Positions 28,847-39,178 are shown, numbered from the stretch's first letter. The stretch is 64,000 nt of DNA from an uncultured virus (IMG/VR IMGVR_UViG_3300032053_000012) (IMGVR_UViG_3300032053_000012); one strand, 5' to 3'. Program-made: numbers and translations. Notes: generated by a model from the letters alone, not told the origin.

Positions 28847-31219
28847 CTACTCGACCTGCTCGACCTGCTTGACCTGCTCGACCTGCTCGACCTGACTGCT
28901 CGCACTCGTAACCATCGCCGCCGTCCTCGTCCTCGTCGTCCTCGTCGCGATCGCGAGCAGCAGCCCGGGGAGTGCCGTTCGCCGCTCCTCGACGCGCGCG
29001 TTCCTCGCCGCGACCTCGATCGCGCGTCGCGACCCTACCACGACGCACGCGTGCTGCGCCCTCGTCATCCCCGTGTAGAGGATCGTCCGCGACAGCATCA
29101 CGAAGTGGCAGTCGTGCATCACCATCACCACGGCCGGAAATTGTCCACCCTGCGATGAATGAATGGTCCCGCAGTAGGCGAGCACGAGGTGGCGCAGGTC
29201 CGCGCCACCGTAGTCGACCTCGCGCGCCTCCCCGTCGGGACCGCCGTCGTCGAGGCGCACGCGCAGCAGGTGGTCGTGCCTCACCCGCTGCTCCGACCGC
29301 GCCCCGTACACCTCCGCCACTCGCCCGAGGTCGCCGTTCACCACGCCCCGCGCGTAGTCGTTCTTCGTCTGCCGCACCTTGTCGCCCACCCGGAACAGTC
29401 GCGCCCAGTCGTCGCGCCCGAACGCGAGCTCGGCGACGCCCTCACGCGCCGGGTTCAGCATCTCCTGCAGCCGCGCGTTGAGCGCGGTCACCCCGCACGC
29501 GCCCTTGCGCATCGGCGCGAGCACCATCGCTTCGAACGGGTCGACCCCGAGCTCGTCGCGCATCCCGCGCACGACCTCGAGCACCGCGTCGGCCGCGTCC
29601 TCCGCGCTCCCGCGCGCCACCACGTGCAGGCAGCCGTCCGACCGGTCGCCGTGCGGCGACGCCGCGGGCGTCTTCCCCGCGAGCACCGCGTGCGCCCCGA
29701 CCACGATCGCCGACCCCCGCGCTTGGCGGTGGATCTCCGTCAGCCTCGCGACCGACACCGCCCCGCTCGCGATCACGTCGCGGAACGGCGCACCCGGCCC
29801 GACTGGGGGAAGCTGGTCTGCGTCCCCGACCAGCACGAGTCGGCAGCGGAGAGGAAGTGCGCGCAGCAGCGCCGCCATGAGCGAAGTGTCCACCATCGAC
29901 GTCTCATCGACGAGCACGACGTCGACCGAGAGCGGGTTCTCCGCGCACCGCGCGAATCCCTTGGCTCCCGCCTCGAGTAGCCTGTGGATGGTGCACGCGT
30001 CGCCGCGCCCCGTCGCCTCCGCGAGCCTGCGCGCGGCTCGCGCGGTCGGCGCGCACAGCGCCACGCTCAGCCCCGCGTGCCCGGCGAGCACGACGATCGC
30101 CTTCGTCAAATGCGACTTCCCCGTCCCTGGACCTCCGGTGACCACCGCGATCCCCGCCTCCGCGACCGAGTGCACCGCGGCCGACTGCTCCTCGCTCAGC
30201 GGGATCCCCGCCGCGGCGAGCGCGGCCTCGACCCCCTCGATCCTCGGCGCGTCCGCAACCGACGCTACGACGCGCTCGATCCCCGCCGACACCGCGCGCT
30301 CCGCCTCCGCGAGCGCGGGCAAGGCGACCCTCCCGCGCGACTCGTCCACCTCGACCGCGCGACGCTCCAGGCACCGCGCCACCGCCGCGACCGTCGCGCC
30401 CGCCGCGTCCGCGGCGAAGCTCGCCGGCGCGGGGCGTTCTCTGAAGATCCGCATGAGCGTCGCTTGCAGGTCCCCGACCGACCCGCACGTGTGCCCGCCC
30501 TCCTCGGCGTCGCGCCGCAGTGCGTGCAGCAGCGCCGCGTCGATCCGCGCGGGTGAGTCCGTCGGCAGCCCCGCCTTGCGCGCCACGTCGTCCGCCGTCA
30601 GGAACCCGACCCCCTCCACCTCCTCGGCGATCCGGTACGGCTCCTCGATCACCATGCGCGGCGCGTCCGCGCCGTACCTCGCGCGCAGCCTCGCGCGCAG
30701 CCCGGGCGTCAGGTCGAGCGACGCGAGCCGCGCCTCCACCTCCCGCTCCACCCGGTGCTCCCTCCACGCCTGCTCGAGGTCGACCCTCGACCGCTCCGGC
30801 AGCCAGGTGAACGCCGGCAGCGACGCCGAGTCGAGCGCGCGGATCGCGCTGGCCGCCCCGCCGAGCTCGGCGACGATCCTCCGCGCCCGACCGATCCCGA
30901 TCCCGGGCGCGATCCCATCGATCGACCGCGCAAGCCCTTGGTCCGTCACCGCGTCGGCCGGTGAGATCACCTCGGCGCGCAGCTGCCGACCGTACTTCGT
31001 CTTCTCCCAGCGACCGACCGCGCGCACCCGCTCGCCCGTCGCCGCCGCCGGGCCGAGACCCGCCACCGTCGTGCTCTGCCCGTCGTCGAGCTTCAAGCGC
31101 AGCACGCGGAACGTCGTCCGGTCGTCCGAGTGCACCACGTGCGCGACCTCGCCCTCGACCGTCGCGCGCGCGTCGGTCGCGTTCGCGCCCTTGGGGAGGT
31201 CTGAGGCCGCCGCGCTCAC
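28847..31219 (-). CDS. recD2: RecD2-like SF1B ATP-dependent DNA helicase
   Basis: N-terminal OB-like region (GRW...YGRQL), PYRIAEEVEGVGFLTAD, Walker A GGPGTGKS, LVDETSM, VGDADQLPPVGPG, TIHSSQG, YTGMTRA. Confidence 0.92.
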   Translation of the reverse strand: MSAAASDLPKGANATDARATVEGEVAHVVHSDDRTTFRVLRLKLDDGQSTTVAGLGPAAATGERVRAVGRWEKTKYGRQLRAEVISPADAVTDQGLARSIDGIAPGIGIGRARRIVAELGGAASAIRALDSASLPAFTWLPERSRVDLEQAWREHRVEREVEARLASLDLTPGLRARLRARYGADAPRMVIEEPYRIAEEVEGVGFLTADDVARKAGLPTDSPARIDAALLHALRRDAEEGGHTCGSVGDLQATLMRIFRERPAPASFAADAAGATVAAVARCLERRAVEVDESRGRVALPALAEAERAVSAGIERVVASVADAPRIEGVEAALAAAGIPLSEEQSAAVHSVAEAGIAVVTGGPGTGKSHLTKAIVVLAGHAGLSVALCAPTARAARRLAEATGRGDACTIHRLLEAGAKGFARCAENPLSVDVVLVDETSMVDTSLMAALLRALPLRCRLVLVGDADQLPPVGPGAPFRDVIASGAVSVARLTEIHRQARGSAIVVGAHAVLAGKTPAASPHGDRSDGCLHVVARGSAEDAADAVLEVVRGMRDELGVDPFEAMVLAPMRKGACGVTALNARLQEMLNPAREGVAELAFGRDDWARLFRVGDKVRQTKNDYARGVVNGDLGRVAEVYGARSEQRVRHDHLLRVRLDDGGPDGEAREVDYGGADLRHLVLAYCGTIHSSQGGQFPAVVMVMHDCHFVMLSRTILYTGMTRAQHACVVVGSRRAIEVAARNARVEERRTALPGLLLAIATRTTRTRTAAMVTSASSQVEQVEQVKQVEQVE

Positions 31220-31818
31220 CTCGGCCTCCAGCCGGGGATGATCGCCGCGAGCCGGTAGACCGCCTGGCGCGTCGTGTTGTCCGGCCACGGACCGGGCAGC
31301 ACCACCGCGCGCGGGAAGTCCCGCGCGCCGGCCTCCCGGCTCTCCTCGACGAACGCGCGCACCGCCGGGTCCACCTCGCCCGCGTACTCGCAGCCGCCGT
31401 CCTCCACGCAGGTCCCGCACCAGCAGATCCTCGCGGTCGAGTCCGCGGGCACCGGCCACTCGTTGACCCGCGGGCGCTCGACGCAGTCGCAGCGCAGGCA
31501 CGCGCGCAGCCTCGCCGCTGACACCACGAGCACCGGCTCGGGCGCGTCGGCGTCCTCGATCGACGCCGACGTCCGCGCCGACGTCTGGTCTCGCTCCCGT
31601 CGGTCCTCCTCGATCACCACGAGCGCGCACGCCTCCGAGCAAGCGACCGCGTGCGTCGACCACCCCGCGCCGGGCAGCACGAACCATCCGGGCGGCGGCA
31701 CCACCGCCTCGTCGTCGTCGTGCTCGTCCTCGTCGCTCGTCCAGAGCACGTGACCACGGGCGGTCGAGGCGCACTCGTCTCGCTCGCAGTCGAACACCCG
31801 GCTCCTGATTTCGCTCAC
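31216..31818 (-). CDS. hypothetical Cys-rich protein
   Basis: several CxxC motifs. Confidence 0.55.
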   Translation of the reverse strand: MSEIRSRVFDCERDECASTARGHVLWTSDEDEHDDDEAVVPPPGWFVLPGAGWSTHAVACSEACALVVIEEDRRERDQTSARTSASIEDADAPEPVLVVSAARLRACLRCDCVERPRVNEWPVPADSTARICWCGTCVEDGGCEYAGEVDPAVRAFVEESREAGARDFPRAVVLPGPWPDNTTRQAVYRLAAIIPGWRPR

Positions 31819-32173
31819 GGGTCCTCCTTCGAGGCGTCTGGCGAGGCGTCTGGCGAGGCGTCCGGCTTCGCCAGCGGCGCGGGCGCGTCCGACGGCGGAG
31901 ACGCCACCACCGGCATCCTCCCGATCGCGGACAGCACCGCGCGCAGGTCCTCGCCGACGAGCGCGGCGTCCTCGCGCAGCACGACCGGCCCGTAGTGCCC
32001 CGCCACGTGCGCTGGGGAAGTCGACGGCTCGTCCTCCTCGGCCCAGACCGTGAACGAGTAGCGGCGCCGCCGCACGTGCGAGAACGCCGCGTAGAGAATC
32101 GCCACCGTCGAGGCCACCGACCCGGCGAGCACGCCGAACAGGAACGGCCCGAGGTTCGCGCCGACGAGCTCGC

Positions 32174-32467
32174 TCACCGGTCGCCCCCGCTCCCGTTCCC
32201 CTGGTCCGCGAGGAACGCGCGCAGCGCCACCGACTTGAACGCCTTGCACTGACACCCCGATGCGCGGCACGCGCCCTGGTAGGGACCGTCCCGGTCCGAC
32301 GCGCGCTCGTGCTCGTGCCGTCCCGAGTGCCCGCACGTGCACAGCCCCACGTCGCGCACCACGAGCCGTCGGATCCACGCCGACGGCGTCAGCCCCTCCG
32401 CCTCGCTCAGCCGCTCGAGGCACGCGGCCGCGTCGCTCGGTATCGACACCCTGAACGGACGTTGCAT
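32174..32467 (-). CDS. ribbon-helix-helix-like protein with C-terminal Cys/His cluster
   Basis: FRVSIP...LERLSEAEGLTPSAWIRRLV, then CTCGH..H...C...C.C. Confidence 0.5.
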   Translation of the reverse strand: MQRPFRVSIPSDAAACLERLSEAEGLTPSAWIRRLVVRDVGLCTCGHSGRHEHERASDRDGPYQGACRASGCQCKAFKSVALRAFLADQGNGSGGDR

Positions 32468-32505
32468 GACCACCTCGGCACGTTAGATCCGTTTCGACAC
32501 ACCGT

Positions 32506-33408
32506 CTAGCCCGATCGTCGGGCGTCGCGCTCGTCCTCGCGCTCTCGGCACTCCCGGCACTCGTCCTCGCGTTCGTTCTCGCGTTCGTCCTCGATCTCGT
32601 CGATCTCGTCGGTCTCGTCGGCCCAGAGGTCGCGCGCGAGCTCGCCCAGGACCGAGGCCGCGACCGCGCGGTTCCCCGCGTCGCTCCACCACCGGCACCG
32701 CCCGCTCGGGTGCGGCACAACCAGCAGTGCCGGGCCGCGAGGCCGCACGTGCGCCCAGTGCAGCGCCGGCTCCCGTCCGATCCCGAACGCCCCCGCGACC
32801 GCGCGGCCGAGCAGCAGCACCACCCTGCGCCGCACGTAGAGCGCCCCGGCGCGCTCGCGCAGCAGCGCCGCCGACGCGACCTCGCCGTCCCCGAGCAGGT
32901 TCACGACCTCGCAGCGCGCGCGCAGCTCGGCCTCGTCGCGCAGCCCGAGCAGCGACGCGACCCTCCGCCCGCTCGGCTCGTCGAGCGGCTGGTCCCTCCC
33001 GTTCGGCGCGAGCCCGACGACGAGCGGCCTCGGCCAGCGCGCCCCCGGGGCGGCGCGCCGCTCCGCGAGGCACCGCTCGAGCCGCCGCGCCCCGAGGTAG
33101 GCCGCGAGCAGTGACGCTGCGCCCCCCGTCCTCCGCGCGTCGAGGTCTGCCCGCCCCGCCGTCGCCGCGAGCGCGCGCTCGCGCAGGATCGCCGGCCGGC
33201 AGAGACGCCAGCGCTCGGCCGGGTCCGTCGCCGCGTAGGTCGCCGCCCAGTCCGCGCGGTGCGCCCCGACCCGCTCGGCCCGGCTCGGTCTCGTCAGCCG
33301 CTCGCCCTGATCTACGGATTCTACGGATGAGGTGGCCGACCTGCGGCCGACACATAGGTCGGGACTCGACGTGTCGGCCACTTCGATCGTCGTGAAATCG
33401 TCATTCAT
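32506..33408 (-). CDS. uracil-DNA glycosylase superfamily-like protein
   Basis: LVVGLAP, SGRRVASLLG, VNLL, VVLLLGRAVA and VVPHPSG; true start uncertain. Confidence 0.65.
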   Translation of the reverse strand: MNDDFTTIEVADTSSPDLCVGRRSATSSVESVDQGERLTRPSRAERVGAHRADWAATYAATDPAERWRLCRPAILRERALAATAGRADLDARRTGGAASLLAAYLGARRLERCLAERRAAPGARWPRPLVVGLAPNGRDQPLDEPSGRRVASLLGLRDEAELRARCEVVNLLGDGEVASAALLRERAGALYVRRRVVLLLGRAVAGAFGIGREPALHWAHVRPRGPALLVVPHPSGRCRWWSDAGNRAVAASVLGELARDLWADETDEIDEIEDERENEREDECRECREREDERDARRSG

Positions 33409-33625
33409 GTCAGTCAGTTATCTCCTAACTTTCGTCAAGTGGCCGACCTGTCCAACCGATCCGGGTTCTATCCCACCGTCTTCTTCTCTTTTCTCTCTAA
33501 AGAGTAGAAAGAGGTAGGCCAGGTCGGCCACTAGGACACAAGGGCTCGGATTCATTCTACTCCTGGGTGGCCTACCTCGCGGCCGACCTGCGGCCTACCT
33601 GTCGAATCCGTCGGGTCGGCCACCT
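33330..33625. repeat. iteron-like cluster, putative replication origin
   Basis: about 10 copies of GGCC(G/T)ACCT-like motifs in both orientations around an AT-richer pyrimidine/purine tract (33480-33513). Confidence 0.65.
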
Positions 33626-35186
33626 CATCAGCAGTAGTCGCGACCTCGTCCGACTCTGGCTCGACCGCGCGGATCGCCGTCGGGCATAGGTAGGGGTAGA
33701 CCCGACCGCGCCCCTCCATCGTGACCTTCTTCCCCCGCTGCCAGCCGAACCGCGTCAGGACCTCTGCCACGCGGAGCTGGTCGCCCCTCGACCACTGGTC
33801 GGTCTTCTTCTTGAGGGCCTTCTCCAGCACCTCGGACACCGTCGTGTACCCGGTGACGCGCAGGTACACCGCGTTGATCTCCATCCACCGCGAGATCGCC
33901 TCCTCCCACGCGTCGGCCGTGAAGCGCATCTCCTGCTCCTCGCGCGCGCGCGCCTCCTCCTCCTCGTCGAGGTGCCACCGCACGCCCGCGTCGTGGAGTG
34001 CGACCGCCTCTCCGAGCAGGCACTCCCGGTCGCGCGCGAGCGCGTCGATCAAGATCCTGTTCGCCGTGTGCACCGGCCACGTGCGCCGGTTGCCGTACGG
34101 GTCGCGCAGGTACCGGCTCTCGTTCGTCGTGCCGACGAACACGCACGTGCGCGGCACGCCGATCTTGTCTGGCTCGTTCTTCGGCGAGTAGTTGTCCACA
34201 TCGAGCGTAATGAACGCCTTGGCGACCTCGTTTGCCCGGAACATCACGAGCTCGGGGATCTCGTAGAACCACGTCGAGGCGAGCTGCGCGGGCGCGAACG
34301 CCGACGTGAGGTCGATCGGCGACGCGCAGTAGTGTCTCGCCCCCGCGAGGATCCTCACCGCGGTCGATTTGTACGCGCCCGTCTCGCCCTCGAGCACGAG
34401 CACGTGGTCCACCTTGCACCCCGGCGTGATCGCGCGAGCTACAGCGGAGATGATGAAGCGCATGCCGACCGAGGCCGTGTACGTCGACGACTGCTCTGCG
34501 AGGCCGTACCTGTGCAGCCAGTCGCGGCCGCCCGAGATCCTCGGTACCCCGTCCCACCGGTACCCCCGCACCTCCTCGGTCAGCGAGTTGTACGGCGCGT
34601 CGTGCGCGACGACGAGCACCGCCTTCTGGATCCAATCCTCGGAAAGCGCGACGCCGAAGCGCTCGGCGACCCACCGGCTCGCGCGCAGCGCGTCGATCCG
34701 CGTCCAGCGCTCCCCGGTCCCGCCCCACGGCGCCGCGCGCCTCTTGCAGACGGACATCTGGTAGCGGTCGTAGCCGACCACGCCGACCCACTCCGGGTGC
34801 TCTGAAAACAGCAGACACACGTCGGCCAGAGTCGGTCTCAGGCCGCGCTCGACCCACCGCCTCTCGCCTTTGTCCCCTGACCCCGGGGGGATCCCCGAGG
34901 GCGTGCTCACTTCCCCGCCCTCGACAGAGGTCGAGGGATCGGGTACATAGTCGCTACCATCTCGCGTGTCACCTTCACGTTGAGGTCGATCGTCCCGCGG
35001 CAAGCACGCCGCCGGGACGATCTCTTCTATGCCCACGGCCGCGTTCGGGTCAACGCTTTTCACAGCCTCCACAAAGGATTGTGAGTCTCGTTTGGACCCC
35101 CCCGCGCGCGTGGAGAATCTGCTTTCAGCGGAGCCCCCTCCTTGTCGCTCTTTCTGCGGCGCGTTCGCGCGCGCGCGGGCGCACAT
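33552..35186 (-). CDS. VapE (virulence-associated E)-family P-loop helicase
   Basis: WDGVPRI, PGCKVDHVLVLEGETGAYKST, WFYEIPEL, KAFIT and CVFVGTTNESRYLRDPYGNRR; start uncertain. Confidence 0.88.
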   Translation of the reverse strand: MCARARANAPQKERQGGGSAESRFSTRAGGSKRDSQSFVEAVKSVDPNAAVGIEEIVPAACLPRDDRPQREGDTRDGSDYVPDPSTSVEGGEVSTPSGIPPGSGDKGERRWVERGLRPTLADVCLLFSEHPEWVGVVGYDRYQMSVCKRRAAPWGGTGERWTRIDALRASRWVAERFGVALSEDWIQKAVLVVAHDAPYNSLTEEVRGYRWDGVPRISGGRDWLHRYGLAEQSSTYTASVGMRFIISAVARAITPGCKVDHVLVLEGETGAYKSTAVRILAGARHYCASPIDLTSAFAPAQLASTWFYEIPELVMFRANEVAKAFITLDVDNYSPKNEPDKIGVPRTCVFVGTTNESRYLRDPYGNRRTWPVHTANRILIDALARDRECLLGEAVALHDAGVRWHLDEEEEARAREEQEMRFTADAWEEAISRWMEINAVYLRVTGYTTVSEVLEKALKKKTDQWSRGDQLRVAEVLTRFGWQRGKKVTMEGRGRVYPYLCPTAIRAVEPESDEVATTADEVADPTDSTGRPQVGREVGHPGVE

Positions 35187-35586
35187 CCTGCGCTGCGGCT
35201 GCGGCGAGTGCGTCCGACGCGGCCCTCGCGGCCATCGCGGCCTCGGCTCTTGCGACTCGCTCGTTGACGCGCGCGACTCGCTCGTCCTCGATCCGCTCGA
35301 TCCGCGCGGCTCGCTTGGCTCGCTTGATCTCGACCCGCGCGGCTCGCGCGATCTCGACCCGCATGGCTCGCGCGGCCTGCTTGGCTTGCCTGGCCTCGAC
35401 CCGCGCGGCTCGCGCGACCTGTTTGGCTTGCTTGGCCTCGACTCGCGCGGCTCGCTTAGCTTGCTTGATCCGCTCGACCCGTTCGGCCTCGACCCGCTCG
35501 GCCTTGCTCTCGGTCGCGGCTTGCGCCATCGCGACGTGCAGGTCGCGCATCTGCTGCTTCCTGCGTCGCGCGCTCTCCTCGGACAC
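35125..35586 (-). CDS. basic alpha-helical repeat protein
   Basis: repeated RAARVE(A/I)K/RQAK units. Confidence 0.4.
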   Translation of the reverse strand: MSEESARRRKQQMRDLHVAMAQAATESKAERVEAERVERIKQAKRAARVEAKQAKQVARAARVEARQAKQAARAMRVEIARAARVEIKRAKRAARIERIEDERVARVNERVARAEAAMAARAASDALAAAAAQDVRPRARERAAERATRRGLR

Positions 35587-35665
35587 GACCGCGAGGCTAC
35601 CCCCGACGCGCCCGCGCGTCGCTCGGTTCTCGGAGTCAGTGCTGTCCTAAGAGACGTCGGTGTAG

Positions 35666-35722
35666 GAAAAAAACAGACCGCCGACCGGGGCCAAGGGGGG
35701 GGAAGGCGCCCGATCGGCGATC
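35666..35722 (-). terminator. intrinsic terminator after the lysis cassette
   Basis: GATCGCCGATCGGG...CCCGGTCGGCGGTC stem followed by T7 on the minus strand. Confidence 0.6.
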
Positions 35723-35768
35723 ATGGTTCAACGATACGCTCGGCGGCAGGGACGCTCAAGTCCTGTGG

Positions 35769-36599
35769 TCACGTCGAGCCTTCTGGTTTTCTGTCGTTAT
35801 AGTCGACCTCGGCACGGTCTTGCCAGCCGATCGGATTCGCGGCCGTGTCCGGCTGCGTCGGGCCGTGCTCGCGACGAGGAGGGCCGTCGGTGACCAGCGC
35901 GAGGAGCCTCGTCCTCGCCGCGACGTTCACGTCGACGTCGATCTTCTTCCCGTCCTTCGTGGGCGGAAGGTAGAGTCCGCCGTCTCCGTCGAGTTGCCAC
36001 GACAGCGGGTCGAACGCGCGTTCGCGCCACGGACGGCACACGCGCGGCATCACGCCGCCGCAGACCTCGTTGACCGCGTCTCGGTAGCGCGTCCCGTCCG
36101 CGGACTTCCTCGGGTAGGCCGCGAGGTGCAGCGGGCAGCTCGCGGCGATCGCCGAGTCGAGGTCGCCGCAGTAGCCCTTCCAGTACCACTCGCCCGTGTA
36201 GAGGATCGGACGCTCGCTGATGCCGTCCGAGACCTTCTCGACGACGTACTCGAGCCGGTCGAGGAGCGCGCGGCCGCGGAGCTTCGTGTCCGGGTGCTCC
36301 CAGTCGAGCGTGAGCGGCAGTTCGTCCCACTCGCGCTTGATCGAGGTCCACGCGCGGATCTGCGCGTCGAGGTCCTCGTCGGGAAGGATCCACGCGTAGC
36401 GGCCGAGGACGCTGAGCCCCGCCTCGCGCGCGGAGTCGATCTGCGGCTGCGCGGTCTTCACGAGGCCGCGCCCGTGCCACGTCTTCGCGATCATCCACTC
36501 GCAGCCGAGGCGCATCGACTCCTTCCAGGGGATGTCGATCCCCTGCCAGTGTGCGAGGTCGAAGCCGATCGCGGGGTCCGCGCAGGCGGCCCAGGTCAC
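35769..36599 (-). CDS. GH25 muramidase (endolysin)
   Basis: GFDLAHWQG, MIAK, LTLDWE, PILYTG.WYW, LHLAAY, SWQ and DVDVN. Confidence 0.85.
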   Translation of the reverse strand: MTWAACADPAIGFDLAHWQGIDIPWKESMRLGCEWMIAKTWHGRGLVKTAQPQIDSAREAGLSVLGRYAWILPDEDLDAQIRAWTSIKREWDELPLTLDWEHPDTKLRGRALLDRLEYVVEKVSDGISERPILYTGEWYWKGYCGDLDSAIAASCPLHLAAYPRKSADGTRYRDAVNEVCGGVMPRVCRPWRERAFDPLSWQLDGDGGLYLPPTKDGKKIDVDVNVAARTRLLALVTDGPPRREHGPTQPDTAANPIGWQDRAEVDYNDRKPEGST

Positions 36600-36600
36600 G

Positions 36601-37425
36601 CTACGGCTCCACGACGAACGACGGCACCATCGTCGGTACCCAGAGGTCGCTCGTGAATGGGTCACAGATCCACGCCTCCGTCGCCCACGCGTAGCCTCCC
36701 TCGCCCCAGCCTCGCGTCCACGAGTTGCGCAGCTTGAAGTGCCGGCGCCCTCGCGAGTCCCACCGCATGCCGACGACGACCATCGCGTGTCGGCCGATCG
36801 GACGCGAGGGCGCGTTCCACACCACGTCGCCCGACCCGTCAAAGTCCGCGAACGCCTGCCCGACCTGCATCGTGACGAACGTCGGGTGCTGCAGGCGCAG
36901 TGCGGCCTCGACCTCGTCGGCGCGCGTCGACAGGGTCGCCTTGATCGCGTAGTAGCCCTCGATCCTGTGGTCGTAGGCGGCCTCGTAGACGTTCAGCGGC
37001 GGCCGCTGGTTGACCACGCCGCCCTCGCTCTCCGGCCGTTCGTCGTACGTCCAAAGGGCTTCCGGCGCGCAGCCGATCTTCGAGAACGACTGGAACATTG
37101 TCCGGCCATACGTCCCGTTGTCGTTCGCTCCCTCGCCGTGCAGCAGGCGCGAGTTCTTGTAGGCGAAGAGTCGCGAGAGCTGCACGACCGGGTCGGGCAT
37201 GATCAGCTCCAGCGAGTCGCAGCCGGCGTTCGCGACGCAGGACGGGCGCCGCCCCTGGTCGGAGATCGGCGTGCGCTCTGGCAGCTCGACTTGGCCGTCG
37301 GAGGCGACGCCCGCCTTGACCTCCTCTTGGCCGACGAGGAGTCGATCCCGGAGGTCACTGAAGTCGAGGTCGCGCGGGTCGACCCCGTCCTGACGACACG
37401 CGCCCGTGAGGATCAGTCCGCTCAT
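36601..37425 (-). CDS. papain-family (C1A) cysteine peptidase
   Basis: DQG..PSCVANA, GRHAMVVVG and RNSWTRGWGEGGY (Gln/Cys/His/Asn set). Confidence 0.9.
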   Translation of the reverse strand: MSGLILTGACRQDGVDPRDLDFSDLRDRLLVGQEEVKAGVASDGQVELPERTPISDQGRRPSCVANAGCDSLELIMPDPVVQLSRLFAYKNSRLLHGEGANDNGTYGRTMFQSFSKIGCAPEALWTYDERPESEGGVVNQRPPLNVYEAAYDHRIEGYYAIKATLSTRADEVEAALRLQHPTFVTMQVGQAFADFDGSGDVVWNAPSRPIGRHAMVVVGMRWDSRGRRHFKLRNSWTRGWGEGGYAWATEAWICDPFTSDLWVPTMVPSFVVEP

Positions 37426-37760
37426 GGCGCTCCTCCGTCAGTCGATGTTCCGGTTCCGGTTCTGCAGCGTCCGTCGATCTCCGAGCAGTCGCTCATGCTC
37501 GCGAGGCAGAGCGGTCGGATCGGGATCTTCCCTTCGAGCGCGTTGACGCAGAAGGCACCGAAATCGGTTCGAGCCTGCTTGCACTTCAGCTCCGCGAGCT
37601 TCCTGCCCGCGGCCTCGCACGCGTCGCGTTGTTCGGCCGGCGTCAGGGTGAACGCGGGGTCGTCGTCGTTCGGAGCGGGAGGCTTGCTCCCCGAGCACGA
37701 CGGGTCGCGGCAGCACGAGAGGCACGCGACGGCAGCGAGCGCGCAGAGGACGCGTCCCAT
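37422..37760 (-). CDS. Cys-rich putative lipoprotein
   Basis: MGRVLCALAAVACLSCC lipobox-like signal. Confidence 0.55.
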   Translation of the reverse strand: MGRVLCALAAVACLSCCRDPSCSGSKPPAPNDDDPAFTLTPAEQRDACEAAGRKLAELKCKQARTDFGAFCVNALEGKIPIRPLCLASMSDCSEIDGRCRTGTGTSTDGGAP

Positions 37761-37765
37761 TAGAT

Positions 37766-38167
37766 TCACTTGGCGCTCCCCGCCGGCTTCGCGCTCGCGC
37801 TCGACGAGGGAACCGGTGCCAGCGTCGCCGGTGCCAGCGTCGAGGCGCTCGCGGACGGAGTCTGTGGCGTCGGTGAGGCGGACGCGCTCGGACACGGACC
37901 GACGCCGGCCGCCTTGACGTGCCGCGCCTCGGCCGCCTTCTGCGCCGTCACGAGGTCGAACACCTCTTGCTCGTTCTGCAGGCCGCACTTGACGACGATG
38001 TCGAGGATCTTCGTGCCGGCGTCGTACTCGCCCATCACGCACGAGAGGATCTTGCCGACGTCTCGGAGGTGCTCCGGGGTACGCGCCCACCAGGAAGCGC
38101 AGGCGCAGCAGAGCGCGAAGAAGGCGGTGACGATCCAGAGGTAGATGGGAGAAGTGCTCGTCTTCAT
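37766..38167 (-). CDS. putative lipoprotein or secreted protein
   Basis: hydrophobic N-terminus ending LCCAC; Ser/Ala/Pro-rich tail. Confidence 0.55.
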   Translation of the reverse strand: MKTSTSPIYLWIVTAFFALCCACASWWARTPEHLRDVGKILSCVMGEYDAGTKILDIVVKCGLQNEQEVFDLVTAQKAAEARHVKAAGVGPCPSASASPTPQTPSASASTLAPATLAPVPSSSASAKPAGSAK

Positions 38168-38185
38168 GGATCGGGATCCTATCAC

Positions 38186-38755
38186 CTACTGCGCGGCGGC
38201 GACCACGCGCGCGATCGTCGCGACGAGCACCACCACGACTACCAAGCTCATCGCGTCGACGCGGACGAACGTCCTCGGGATCGTCACGGACGGTCGCGCC
38301 CACCAGGGCAGCGACGGCGCGCTCTGGCGCCGCGCGACCCACGCCGCGAGGCGCGCCCTCGCGCTGGACACGCGCCGCTGCCGCGGCTCGAACGGGTCCT
38401 CGCGAGGGATCGGTCGCGGGAACGTTCGCGGGTCGCGCTCCTCCGTCGGCGCAGGATGCGCCAGATCGGTGAGGATCCTCGGACCCTGGCCCGGACCGGA
38501 CGGCCACGACCCAGACGACCCCGAGTCCCCGCCGCGGTCCCCGCGGTTCGACCGCTCCATCGTCTTGCCGTGCGCGACCCCGAACCGCCCGACGATCAAC
38601 CCCGAGAGGATCGACCAGACGACCGGCTCGCGCACCCCGATCTTCGCGAGGTAGACCACCGCGGCGATGCACACCACGTCGACGAGGGTCGACGCGATCG
38701 ACTGCGACGGTCGGAACTCGAACGACCCCGAGGACGAGCTCGACCGGTCAGCCAT
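38186..38755 (-). CDS. membrane protein (holin-like?)
   Basis: three hydrophobic segments, within the lysis cassette. Confidence 0.5.
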   Translation of the reverse strand: MADRSSSSSGSFEFRPSQSIASTLVDVVCIAAVVYLAKIGVREPVVWSILSGLIVGRFGVAHGKTMERSNRGDRGGDSGSSGSWPSGPGQGPRILTDLAHPAPTEERDPRTFPRPIPREDPFEPRQRRVSSARARLAAWVARRQSAPSLPWWARPSVTIPRTFVRVDAMSLVVVVVLVATIARVVAAAQ

Positions 38756-39131
38756 TCGGTCCCGGCCCGGCGTCGTCGCGACGGAGGGGGAGACGACGCA
38801 TGAGCGCGGACGGCAGCGGCACGTCCCCGCCTCGCAGCGGCCCGGCCAGCAGCCGCTCGACCACCCACTCGTGGCCGAGCACCGCGACCAGCGCGGAGAC
38901 CAGGCCGCCCAGCGCGGCGTCGCGCCAGGACGCGCCCGCGAGGAAGTGCTCGAGCACCCCCGACGCCTGGCCGAGGCAGAGCGCGAGCAGCGCCCGGTAG
39001 CGGCGCGGCACGTCCACGGGCAGGATCGTGTCCTCCTTGCTCGCGCGCACCAGCGCGCCGACGACCAGGGCGGCGACGAACCACCACCGGTGGGAGAACA
39101 GCGCGCGCCAGAGGGTCTCGGCTGGGTCCAT
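38748..39131 (-). CDS. holin-like membrane protein
   Basis: 127 aa, about three TM helices, upstream of the endolysin. Confidence 0.55.
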   Translation of the reverse strand: MDPAETLWRALFSHRWWFVAALVVGALVRASKEDTILPVDVPRRYRALLALCLGQASGVLEHFLAGASWRDAALGGLVSALVAVLGHEWVVERLLAGPLRGGDVPLPSALMRRLPLRRDDAGPGPNG

Positions 39132-39178
39132 GTCGACAGGATAGCGCGAGCTCAGCGCGCGCGTCGAGCGGGAGAGAT

